The notes under the pieces: model-generated | The model's database searches: none | Seen by the model: only the letters and a program-made list of their open reading frames with translations | What the model was told of the DNA's origin: nothing | Assembly (NCBI GenBank): GCA_050011875.1 | Contig: JBEKIG010000007.1 | Span: 1-64,000 of the forward strand | Length of the DNA: 64,000 bases | Source of the DNA: Nitrososphaeria archaeon | Lineage (GTDB): Archaea > Thermoproteota > Nitrososphaeria > JACIWG01 | Reading direction: 5' to 3' | Shown here: piece after piece, positions 11,012 through 19,737 of the stretch | How positions within the stretch are numbered: position 1 is the stretch's first letter | Layout of the letters: the number at the start of each line of letters is the position of its first letter | Position numbers and translations under genes: made by a program

Positions 11012-12010
11012 ATGACTTTACATGGTATAGGGGTTGCTGGTATCGGTACAACAGGTAAAAGCGTTGTAGAGAAGATTTCTTTTAGTCTTCCTGATGCACG
11101 ATGTGTAACCTTAGATGATTCAAAGTGGAATATCTCCGGTGGTAGGGCTCAGGAAATCAAACTACCCTTAGATTTTGATAGAAGTATTGGCAACATAAAA
11201 AGGATGGCTTGGAATTCTACAGAGGAGATTTCCGAGACTTTTAAGGACGTAGATAGCTCTATTGTTGTCACTGGATTAGGAGGAATGGTTGGCTCTTCGG
11301 CTGCTCCAATAATAGCTCAGAGGTTAAAAGAAGACGGAAAGAAGGTTTTAGGTGTCACCATCATGCCATTCAAGTTCGAGAAGGACAGGCTCTTTAGAGC
11401 AGCGGTCGGCTTGAAGAAGATGAAGGTAATATGCGATGGTGTTGTCATCATAGATAACCAAGATTTTATAGAGAAAGCGCCTCAGACTCCTCTTTTACAC
11501 GCTTACGAAATAGAAAATGTCTGGATTAGTAAGTTTATCTCCTCATTGTTTAGTAGTGACGAAAGGTTCGGCTTAAACGAAAACGAAATTTACGGATTTA
11601 CCTCAAACAACAAGAATAACGTTTTAGCCATTGGAACAGCAGAAGGTTCAAGTATGGCAGAAGAAGCAACCTTCAAAGTGTCGTCTTCTCTAAGGAGGCA
11701 GAGTAAGTCAAATGTTAACGGGGCGTTGATGTGTGTCGTAGGATGGAAGGATCTTAGTGTTGGAGACTTTTCAACAATAATTTCGACATTTAGGGGGATG
11801 ACCCTATGTGAGGGTGAAGTTAAGACAGGATTTTATGCGAGCGGAGAAAGAAATCTTACCGTCTACGCTCTCGCTGCGGTAGAGCACACAAGATTTGAAG
11901 ACTGGGATCCTCTATCAGCGATCCTAGGTGATAGAGAGTTAGACTTAGACCCTTGCTGTGGCATGAAACTAGATGAGGGGGACTGCTCCAAGATCTGTAG
12001 GATAGATTAA
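11012..12010 (+). CDS. Divergent FtsZ/tubulin-family protein (thaumarchaeal type)
   Basis: GIGTTG, GLGGMVGSSAAP (degenerate tubulin signature), MPFKFE, IIDNQ; ATG at 11012 is the likely start. Confidence 0.8.
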   Translation: MTLHGIGVAGIGTTGKSVVEKISFSLPDARCVTLDDSKWNISGGRAQEIKLPLDFDRSIGNIKRMAWNSTEEISETFKDVDSSIVVTGLGGMVGSSAAPIIAQRLKEDGKKVLGVTIMPFKFEKDRLFRAAVGLKKMKVICDGVVIIDNQDFIEKAPQTPLLHAYEIENVWISKFISSLFSSDERFGLNENEIYGFTSNNKNNVLAIGTAEGSSMAEEATFKVSSSLRRQSKSNVNGALMCVVGWKDLSVGDFSTIISTFRGMTLCEGEVKTGFYASGERNLTVYALAAVEHTRFEDWDPLSAILGDRELDLDPCCGMKLDEGDCSKICRID

Positions 12011-12642
12011 AATTTTCTCTTCAACACTCTGACTATATTTAGCTGGATGAACTCTCTTATTGTTCTTGCTTCTCCATGGAGCACCCCATTTCCCTGAAAA
12101 ACCTCATCCAAAGCTTCATTTAGGGAGCCCGCATTAACTTCCACGTAGCATAAGCCCACGTGCTTTGGCATGTGAGCGTCACTTCCTGCAGTCTTGGGAA
12201 GATGCATTTCTTCTGCTAGTAGCCATGCTTTCCTAGAGGAGCTTCCAAATGGAAATGATGCTGAATTGTATACTTCGATCGCGTCGGGTGTAATATTTAC
12301 TTTTTGCTTCCTTATATAAGATTGGCCATATGGGTGTGCTAATATTGCGTGACCCCCAACCTGATGAATGTATCTGATGGGGTCGCTGTACGCCGCAGTT
12401 GGGTCAAAATGTTCTTTCGGAAGCAGGCATATTATATGCCCTGCAAAGGTTTTTAGTTCAATAGCTGGAATAAAAAAGACGCCTTCAACTTCGCTTACTG
12501 CATCAATTGTAAACTTGTTATGATCTGCGACCGCCACCGCTTTGATGTCACGTTTTTTAGCGAAGTAAGAAATCTCTTTTAGTGATCCAAAGGCGTCGTC
12601 GGAATTTTCAGTATGAACATGGAAGTCGATTTTAAAGCTCAT
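12007..12642 (-). CDS. PHP-domain phosphoesterase
   Basis: DFHVHT, ADHN, AHP, GSDAH. Confidence 0.9.
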   Translation of the reverse strand: MSFKIDFHVHTENSDDAFGSLKEISYFAKKRDIKAVAVADHNKFTIDAVSEVEGVFFIPAIELKTFAGHIICLLPKEHFDPTAAYSDPIRYIHQVGGHAILAHPYGQSYIRKQKVNITPDAIEVYNSASFPFGSSSRKAWLLAEEMHLPKTAGSDAHMPKHVGLCYVEVNAGSLNEALDEVFQGNGVLHGEARTIREFIQLNIVRVLKRKF

Positions 12643-12650
12643 CCTTTACA

Positions 12651-12986
12651 CTATGTTACTTTGCTTCCTGGTGATACTGCTTTATCTGGTGCAATCAACG
12701 AAATGTTTGATTGATCATTCTTATCGATTGCCGCCAGTAGCATGACCTGCGATTCAAATCCGAACAAAGTTCTCGGCTTAAGGTTCGTGACAACTGCAAC
12801 ACTTTTGCTTAGAAGGTCTTCTGGGTTATAGAACTCGGCTATTCCTCCAACGCAGCTCCTGACTTCACCTCCTATATCGATCTCTAGGTGTAGAAGCTTT
12901 TTTGAATTAGGAACCTTTTCCGCTTTAACTATTTTACCGATGCGAATATCTAGCTTTGCGAATTCATTAAATTCTAGAGTGCTCAT
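12651..12986 (-). CDS. Stand-alone tRNA-binding OB-fold (MetRS C-terminal/Trbp111/CsaA type)
   Basis: FAKLDIRIGKI, NLKPR, ESQVMLL; overlaps metG stop. Confidence 0.9.
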   Translation of the reverse strand: MSTLEFNEFAKLDIRIGKIVKAEKVPNSKKLLHLEIDIGGEVRSCVGGIAEFYNPEDLLSKSVAVVTNLKPRTLFGFESQVMLLAAIDKNDQSNISLIAPDKAVSPGSKVT

Positions 12987-14671
12987 TTGGATTGCCCACC
13001 ACCTTTAAGTTCCTCCAGTTTATTTATAACCTCTTCCGTGGAAAGCTTGGTGAAAAGCGGAGGAAACCTTTTAATCTCTAGGGGATAGGTAAAGTCTTCT
13101 TTTGCACCTTCCCATCCAACCTTGAGAACAGATTCTTTTTCATTCATATTCTTCCAGAGCAGCTCAGAACTGTACGGCGTAAATGGGTACAGTTCAACAG
13201 CAATTACACGCATCAGCCTAAGAAGAGCGTACGTTATAGACATGGTCTTCTCTTTATCGGTCTTGATTAAATTCCAAGGCTCCTTCTCGTTCAAGAATCT
13301 GTTTCCGCCTTCGCTTTGAAGTATTATTTCCTTTGCAGCCCTTTGTATCTTGAAGTCTTCTAACAGCGAGCCGACTTTATCATGTTCTTTGAGAATTGAT
13401 TCTATAAACTTCTCAGAGTCTTCGTCGATCTTTGGTTTCTCCTCAAACCTGCTATTACAGAACTTCTCGAAGCCGACGACAGTTCTATTTACAAGATTAC
13501 CTATAACGTTATTAAGGTCTGTGTTGATCTTTTCAACAAAAAGGTCCATTTTGAAGTTAACGTCACCGCTTTCAGGTCTTAGAGACAGGAGTGCGTACCT
13601 CCAATAATCTGCAGGCGCCAGTTGCAAAGCTTCATCAATCCAGATGCCTATATGCCTGCTCTTGGAGAACTTTTGACCTTCGAACATAAGGAAGTCTGTT
13701 GAATCAACAGCCGATGGAAGATTGTATCCTTCTCTAGAGCCCAGCAGAAGTCCTGGCAATATTATTGCATGGAAGGGAATATTGTCTTTGCCAATTAGAT
13801 AAGCACTTTTTGCATCCTTTTCAAACCAAAATCTTTTCCAACCCTCCGGTTCTCCCTTCTTTTCAAAATATTCTATTGTTGCAGAAATGTATCCTAAAAC
13901 TGCTTCCATCCAAACATAGATAGTTTTACCCTCAGCACCCTTAAACGGTGCTGGAATACCCCACTTAGAATCTCTTGTAAGAGACCTCGGTTTTAAACCT
14001 TCCTCAACAAGCTTTAAACTGAAAGACCTTGTGATTTCAGAAAGGTAAATGTTATCATCTAAAAGATATTTTTTAATGTCATCCTTTAGTTTTGGAAGGT
14101 CAAAGAACCACTGTTTTGTTTCCTTCAAGTGCACAGGTGAATGGCAAACCACGCAGACGGGATTAACTAACTTCTCAGGTTCAAGTGGTCTACCGCAACT
14201 ATCACATTGATCTCCTCTGGCATTCTTGAAACCGCAGAATGGACATTCTCCTTCAACAAAGCGGTCGGGTAGAAAGCGTTCATCTTTATCACAGTAGTGC
14301 ACCCTTTCTATGGCTTCGTAGACGAAGCCATTCTTCTGAAGCTGGATGTAGAAGCCCTGAACAAAACGTATGTGAGTTGGATTCTCAGTTCTGGTGTAGT
14401 TGTCGTAAGATATTTCCCAACGTTCAATAAGATCCTTAATTTTTTTATGGTTCCTATCCGCAAATTCTCTGACAGGAAGATTTTCCTTTAGCGCTTCAAC
14501 TTCAACAGGGGTGCCATGTTCATCGGAGCCTGAAACATAGAGGACCTCGTGCCCTTTTAGTCGCATAAATCTAGCCACAGCGTCGCCAGAAAGTATTGAT
14601 CCTACCATGTTACCCAGATGAGGAGTCACAGACGAATATGGCCAAGCGGAAGTAATTAGCCATTTAGTCAA
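12983..14671 (-). CDS. metG: Methionine--tRNA ligase
   Basis: SAWPY, HLGN, GSDEHG, Zn knuckles, GKDNIPFH, KFSKS. Confidence 0.97.
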   Translation of the reverse strand: MTKWLITSAWPYSSVTPHLGNMVGSILSGDAVARFMRLKGHEVLYVSGSDEHGTPVEVEALKENLPVREFADRNHKKIKDLIERWEISYDNYTRTENPTHIRFVQGFYIQLQKNGFVYEAIERVHYCDKDERFLPDRFVEGECPFCGFKNARGDQCDSCGRPLEPEKLVNPVCVVCHSPVHLKETKQWFFDLPKLKDDIKKYLLDDNIYLSEITRSFSLKLVEEGLKPRSLTRDSKWGIPAPFKGAEGKTIYVWMEAVLGYISATIEYFEKKGEPEGWKRFWFEKDAKSAYLIGKDNIPFHAIILPGLLLGSREGYNLPSAVDSTDFLMFEGQKFSKSRHIGIWIDEALQLAPADYWRYALLSLRPESGDVNFKMDLFVEKINTDLNNVIGNLVNRTVVGFEKFCNSRFEEKPKIDEDSEKFIESILKEHDKVGSLLEDFKIQRAAKEIILQSEGGNRFLNEKEPWNLIKTDKEKTMSITYALLRLMRVIAVELYPFTPYSSELLWKNMNEKESVLKVGWEGAKEDFTYPLEIKRFPPLFTKLSTEEVINKLEELKGGGQSK

Positions 14672-14852
14672 CTCTATCAGCCACTATCATCCATAAAGAT
14701 AAAATTATAATGTTTCTCTTCTAGTTATATGCAGCAGCCTGCGATGCATTTTTACCGTTTACACGCTGCATATGGAACGGAGCTAGTTTTACAGTAAACG
14801 GTTTAGCACAATTTTATTAACTGATGCAAACTGTCTATTTATGGTGGAATAG

Positions 14853-15521
14853 CTGCCTAAAGTAAATTGTAAGAAAGTTACATGGGATGAGGTTGAATTC
14901 TGGAGCAGGGCCGTCAGCGACAAGATCTACAATTCGAGTTGGCTTCCAGACTCCATAGTAGCGATATCGAGAGGGGGTTATGTTCCAGCACGCTTGATTT
15001 GCGACCGTCTGCTTGTGGGAGAACTTGTTTCACTTCAGATATCTCACTGGCCTTCAGCTGCTCAAGTTGCAAAGGAAGCTGGAGTCAGAGTACCATTATA
15101 TTGCGACATGAGTTCGAAAATGGTGCTTGTCGTTGACGACATCTCAGACACAGGCGATTCAATAGTTATTGCCAAAGATCATATACGAGCCAACTGTAAA
15201 CCAAAGGATATTCGGGTTGCAACGCTTCAATGGATTTCGGAAGCCAGCAAGGTCATTCCAGATTTTTATGCTGAGGAAGTGAAAGGTTGGCGGTGGTACC
15301 AGTATCCATGGACGCGGCTAGAGGACGTAATCGGTTTTATAAAGAGAATAATCGCTGACAACAAAGACATCGAGGTTTGGACTATCGACGAAATCGAAAA
15401 TATGTTCCCTGAATGGTACGGTGTCACCTTTGATAGATGGTTCTACGACAAGGCTTTTGAGACCCTTACAGCGAAAGGATATCTGACGAAGGAAAACGGC
15501 AGATACCGTGCCCCAAAATAA
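14853..15521 (+). CDS. Purine phosphoribosyltransferase family protein, probable CTG start
   Basis: Frame extends upstream of the track ORF: (L/M)PKVNCKKVTWDEV...VAISRGGYVPARL...LVVDDISDTGDS...WYQYPW. Confidence 0.85.
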   Translation: MPKVNCKKVTWDEVEFWSRAVSDKIYNSSWLPDSIVAISRGGYVPARLICDRLLVGELVSLQISHWPSAAQVAKEAGVRVPLYCDMSSKMVLVVDDISDTGDSIVIAKDHIRANCKPKDIRVATLQWISEASKVIPDFYAEEVKGWRWYQYPWTRLEDVIGFIKRIIADNKDIEVWTIDEIENMFPEWYGVTFDRWFYDKAFETLTAKGYLTKENGRYRAPK

Positions 15522-15639
15522 GCCTCACCTTTTACCATAGATCTCCCGTTTTATCCGCATTCAGGGAACTTGTAAAGCGCCTTTAAAATGGAAAATGGTT
15601 TTTATAACCCTTCCAATATAGATCTTACACGGTGTCATT

Positions 15640-16437
15640 ATGGTTGCAAGTTGCAGAGCTGAAGTTGGTGTTATAGGTGGTAGCGGCTTCAACGATCCTG
15701 CCATGTTTGGGGAAATTTCAGAAATCAAGATGTATACACCTTATGGTGCACCATCGGACATCATTTCCGTTGGCGAGCTGAAAGGTGTAAAGGTTGCTTT
15801 CTTACCACGGCATGGAAAACGGCATTCTATACCACCACACCTGATCAACTTCAGGGCAAACGTCTGGGCGATGAGGGACCTTGGAGTGAAGAGGATCATA
15901 GCTCCTTCAGCAGTAGGAAGTCTTAGAGAGGACATGAAACCCGGTGACCTCGTCATACCAAATCAATTCATTGACTTTACTAAGAACAGGGTGTACTCTT
16001 TCTACGACGGAGCTGTCGTAGGTCATTTCTCGCTCGCAGACCCCTTTTGCCCAGAGCTGAACAAACTAGCAGCAGAGGAGGCTGCTAAACTAAAGATTCG
16101 ATTCCACGGGGGAGGAACTTACGTCTGCATAGAGGGCCCTCGGTTTTCAACAAGAGCCGAATCAAAGATGTTCCGAACTTGGGGCGCAGATATCATAGGG
16201 ATGACATTGATACCTGAGGTATCACTGGCTAGGGAGGCTGGGATATGCTATACCACTCTTGCCACAGTTACAGACTATGATGTTTGGGCCGATAAACCGG
16301 TGACCGCGCAGGAAGTGGTGGAGACCGTAAAGTCCAATGTTGAAAAGGTTAAGTCACTGCTAACAGAGCTGATACCAGTAATATCTAAAGAAAGGAAATG
16401 TCAGTGTTCTAAATCTGCCGAGAACGCGTTGGTCTGA
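15640..16437 (+). CDS. mtnP: S-methyl-5'-thioadenosine phosphorylase
   Basis: GVIGGSG, LPRHG, EGPRFSTRAES, IIGMT, VTDYDVW. Confidence 0.92.
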   Translation: MVASCRAEVGVIGGSGFNDPAMFGEISEIKMYTPYGAPSDIISVGELKGVKVAFLPRHGKRHSIPPHLINFRANVWAMRDLGVKRIIAPSAVGSLREDMKPGDLVIPNQFIDFTKNRVYSFYDGAVVGHFSLADPFCPELNKLAAEEAAKLKIRFHGGGTYVCIEGPRFSTRAESKMFRTWGADIIGMTLIPEVSLAREAGICYTTLATVTDYDVWADKPVTAQEVVETVKSNVEKVKSLLTELIPVISKERKCQCSKSAENALV

Positions 16438-16466
16438 TCCATTACATCCTTCTTTAAGCGCACTAA

Positions 16467-17213
16467 TCAACCTTTTTCACTTTCTTTTAAGACCTTTATT
16501 GATTCTAGGATAAGCAACTTGGTTTTCTCTTGCGATTTATGCATTATATCTAAAACAAGATTGTGTGAGACATTATCTATCATCCCGGCAGCATAGTTCG
16601 TCGAAATCGCTATCGCTGCGTACTCCATACCAAGCTCCTTCGCGAGGAAAACCTCTGGAACACTGGTCATACCTACAATGTCGGCTCCAAGAATCCTAAA
16701 AGCCTTGATTTCGGCAGGGGTCTCATATCTTGGGCCTTCTGTGCAAACATATGTTCCCTCGCCACAAACCTTAATTTGCAAACGTTTACTTGCCTCTAGG
16801 ATTGCTGACCTAACCCTTTCTGAATATGGTTGACTAACATCGGTAAAGACAACGTCACCATCTCCACCCTCAAAGAAGGTGGAAACACGGTTTTTTGTAA
16901 AATCAAGTACCTGATCAGGTACCACAAAAGAGCCTGGAGTGATTTTCTTCCTAAGCGAGCCCACAGCGTTCGTAGCTATAACATGCTTAATACCAAATAC
17001 GCTCAAAGCAAAGATATTCGCTCTATAGTTAATCTTATGAGGTGGGACAGAATAGTTCACTCCGTGCCTAGGAAGAAAGAAGACATTCTTATGATCCTTC
17101 ACACCATATATTGAAGCGTAACCGTATGGAGTCTTTATATCTAGTTTTATTAGAAGCTCAAAAAACTTATCTACACCTGTACCTGCTATTATCGCATATC
17201 TACGACGCCCCAT
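16467..17213 (-). CDS. MTAP-family purine nucleoside phosphorylase (MTI/6-oxopurine-type paralogue)
   Basis: LPRHG, EGPRYETPAE, VGMT, STNYAAG (Asn-type rather than TDYD). Confidence 0.88.
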   Translation of the reverse strand: MGRRRYAIIAGTGVDKFFELLIKLDIKTPYGYASIYGVKDHKNVFFLPRHGVNYSVPPHKINYRANIFALSVFGIKHVIATNAVGSLRKKITPGSFVVPDQVLDFTKNRVSTFFEGGDGDVVFTDVSQPYSERVRSAILEASKRLQIKVCGEGTYVCTEGPRYETPAEIKAFRILGADIVGMTSVPEVFLAKELGMEYAAIAISTNYAAGMIDNVSHNLVLDIMHKSQEKTKLLILESIKVLKESEKG

Positions 17214-17330
17214 GCATAAAATTTTGTTTACCAAATATATTTCTCTTCCGATTTATTGAAGGAGTAAAACTTCCTGCTGTTTAGCTTAAGGTTATTATAG
17301 GAGTGTAATTTAACTCGGAGTAGAAGAAGC

Positions 17331-17744
17331 TTGAGCCTGACCTACGATGAACTTTTGAAAAGGCTAAGGGAAAAAGCTAAACCTACTGAGAAGTCTAGCG
17401 AGTGGAGACTTGAAGTTCCGAGAGTTCAAGTTATCTGGCTGGGAAACAAAACAATCATCAGGAACTATATGGACTTTCCAAGAGTTCTAAGAAGAGATTC
17501 CAACAAGCTCCTCATATATTTGGCGAAAAAACTTGCCGTACCCGCTTCATTAGATGGTGAGAGAGCGATACTTATAGGGAGAAGAGACGGGAGAACTATC
17601 TCAGCCGTCATAGAGAAATACGTTAACGAAAGGGTAAGATGTCCGGTCTGCGGTAGCCCAGACACAAACATTAAGAGGGAAAAGAGAATGGAGTTCCTCG
17701 TGTGTGAAGCCTGTGGTGGAAAATCTCCCATCGGTGAAAAATAG
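17331..17744 (+). CDS. eif2b: Translation initiation factor aIF-2 beta
   Basis: GNKTIIRN, CPVCGSPDT...CEACG Zn ribbon. Confidence 0.93.
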   Translation: MSLTYDELLKRLREKAKPTEKSSEWRLEVPRVQVIWLGNKTIIRNYMDFPRVLRRDSNKLLIYLAKKLAVPASLDGERAILIGRRDGRTISAVIEKYVNERVRCPVCGSPDTNIKREKRMEFLVCEACGGKSPIGEK

Positions 17745-18065
17745 TTGCGCAAAGAAAGAAGAGATTATATCGCTCGAGTTATCGAAGCATCAGAATATAA
17801 TATGCTCAGCGTTTGTGATGAAGAAGTTTTTGGATGCACCGTAGAGGAAAACGGGCTTCAAATGTGCATCTCGAACGAATTCTATGGCGGAGCAAAGGTT
17901 GACGAAAAAAAGCTTATCGAGCTTCTGAAGACAACTCCGATAATAAGTCTGGCAGGAAACCGCTGCGTAGAACTAGCGGTGAAGAAGGGGTTCGCGCACA
18001 GAGACGCAATTAAAAAGGTTAAAAGCATATCATTTCTTATGATATTTAAATTTATGAGGGGATAA
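17745..18065 (+). CDS. DUF424-family protein
   Basis: MLSVCDEE, EFYGG, SLAGNRCV; conserved position between aIF2b and aIF1A. Confidence 0.8.
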   Translation: MRKERRDYIARVIEASEYNMLSVCDEEVFGCTVEENGLQMCISNEFYGGAKVDEKKLIELLKTTPIISLAGNRCVELAVKKGFAHRDAIKKVKSISFLMIFKFMRG

Positions 18066-18067
18066 GA

Positions 18068-18379
18068 TTGGGAAAGAGAAAGGTTCTAAATGAAGCAGAC
18101 CTTAAAGAACTCGTGCTACCTGAGTCTGGGGAACTGTTGGGTGTCGCAGTGAAGCTAATGGGAAGCGACCACATCATGGTCAAATGCACTGACGGCAAAT
18201 TTAGAATGGGTAGAATAATTGGTAGGCTCAAGAGAAAGATATGGATTAGAGAAGGGGACGTCGTTTTGGTTGCCCCATGGGATTTTAAAGAAGATGAAAA
18301 AGCTGATGTCGTATGGCGTTATACGATATCTCAAGTGGACTGGCTCAAGGCAAATAAGTATCTTCCTGAAGAGCTATAG
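18068..18379 (+). CDS. eif1a: Translation initiation factor aIF-1A
   Basis: RIIGRLKRKIWIREGDVVLVAPWDF, VWRY. Confidence 0.95.
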   Translation: MGKRKVLNEADLKELVLPESGELLGVAVKLMGSDHIMVKCTDGKFRMGRIIGRLKRKIWIREGDVVLVAPWDFKEDEKADVVWRYTISQVDWLKANKYLPEEL

Positions 18380-18382
18380 GTA

Positions 18383-19177
18383 ATGGAGGACAACACTTTC
18401 TTAGGAGACTACGATATCAGTAAGCTGACGCGTCTAACTACCCACGGTAAGAAAAGACTCCTCAGAGAGAAGGACTTGGATAAGAGAAAGACTTACGAGC
18501 AAGCTCTGGATGGGAGAACGCTAACAACATTATATGAACTGACAAAAAAGAAAATTATTTACAGATTGGGAGGACCTATAGGCTCAGGAAAGGAGTCTAA
18601 GATCTTCCTCGCAAAAGATTTTGATGATAAAGATATAGCTTTAAAGGTATTTCTTACCTCAACTGCCGAGTTCAAGAAAAGGCTTCCGTACATCCTTGGA
18701 GATAGAAGATTTGAGGGAATGAAGAAGAACGGCTATTGGCTGATAAAGCTTTGGGCTAAAAAAGAATATGTTAACCTGAACACAGCCTTCTATAACAGTG
18801 TTAACGTTCCGAAGCCTATAACGGTGCTTAATAACGTTCTCGCTATGGAGTTTATTGGAAAAGAAGGAAAGAAGGCGCCATTACTTGCGGATGTTGAACC
18901 GACCAAGACCGATTACTTGAAGGTTGTGGAAATGATCAGAAGGCTTTACTTTAAGGCTAAACTTGTGCACTCCGATCTTTCTGAGCATAACATCTTCAAG
19001 CTTGGTTCAGAGATCTACTTCTTCGACTTTGGATCGGCAGTCGTAGCGGACCATCCCAACGCTCTGGAGTTTTTATTAAGGGATGTTAGAAACGTTAACA
19101 GATTTTTTATAAGAAATGGAATAGAGGTTTTTGATGAAAAGAGAATTTTAAAGGGGGTCAGAGAAAGATGGCCTTAA
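18383..19177 (+). CDS. rio1: RIO1 serine/threonine kinase
   Basis: GSGKES, WAKKEY, LVHSDLSEHNI, FDFG. Confidence 0.92.
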   Translation: MEDNTFLGDYDISKLTRLTTHGKKRLLREKDLDKRKTYEQALDGRTLTTLYELTKKKIIYRLGGPIGSGKESKIFLAKDFDDKDIALKVFLTSTAEFKKRLPYILGDRRFEGMKKNGYWLIKLWAKKEYVNLNTAFYNSVNVPKPITVLNNVLAMEFIGKEGKKAPLLADVEPTKTDYLKVVEMIRRLYFKAKLVHSDLSEHNIFKLGSEIYFFDFGSAVVADHPNALEFLLRDVRNVNRFFIRNGIEVFDEKRILKGVRERWP

Positions 19178-19737
19178 AGATGGAGATAAAAATTCCAAAA
19201 GAGCGAATTGGAGCCGTTATAGGAAAGAGTGGAAAGATAAAGGAGCTATTGGAGAAAGAATGCCAGGTCACGGTAAAGGTTGATAGCGAAAACGGCGACG
19301 TAGTTGTTACAGCCAACGAGGAAACAAATGTGGTAGGTGTAACAAAGGTTTTAGGGGTAGTACAGGCAATAGGAAGGGGCTTCTCTTACGAGAAGGCTAA
19401 GACACTGTTAGATGACCAATACTCACTCGACGTGATAGACCTAACAGACTATTCAGGAAAGTCTGAGTCTAATCTTAAAAGGATCAGGGGAAGAATCATA
19501 GGTGCGGAAGGAAAGGCAAGAAAGATTGTCGAAGATTTGACTGAAACATATATTTCCGTATACGGTCACACTGTCTCAATAATCGGACAGATCGACGACT
19601 TGAAGGCAGCGCACGAAGCCATAGAGATACTTGCAAATGGCAGCCAACATAAAACCGTTTATGAACGGCTACAGAAAAGGAGGACGAGGCTTAAACTTGA
19701 AAGGCTGCAGCTATGGGAAAAGAGGGAGGAGCTTTGA
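19168..19737 (+). CDS. KH-domain rRNA-processing protein (Dim2/Pno1)
   Basis: IGAVIGKSG, AIGRGFS, RGRIIGAEGKAR. Confidence 0.92.
   Translation: MALKMEIKIPKERIGAVIGKSGKIKELLEKECQVTVKVDSENGDVVVTANEETNVVGVTKVLGVVQAIGRGFSYEKAKTLLDDQYSLDVIDLTDYSGKSESNLKRIRGRIIGAEGKARKIVEDLTETYISVYGHTVSIIGQIDDLKAAHEAIEILANGSQHKTVYERLQKRRTRLKLERLQLWEKREEL

Noticed and set aside
12651-14671. Split MetRS as a frameshift
   Set aside because: Clean ATGA stop/start overlap; a separate C-terminal OB-fold gene is common in TACK archaea.
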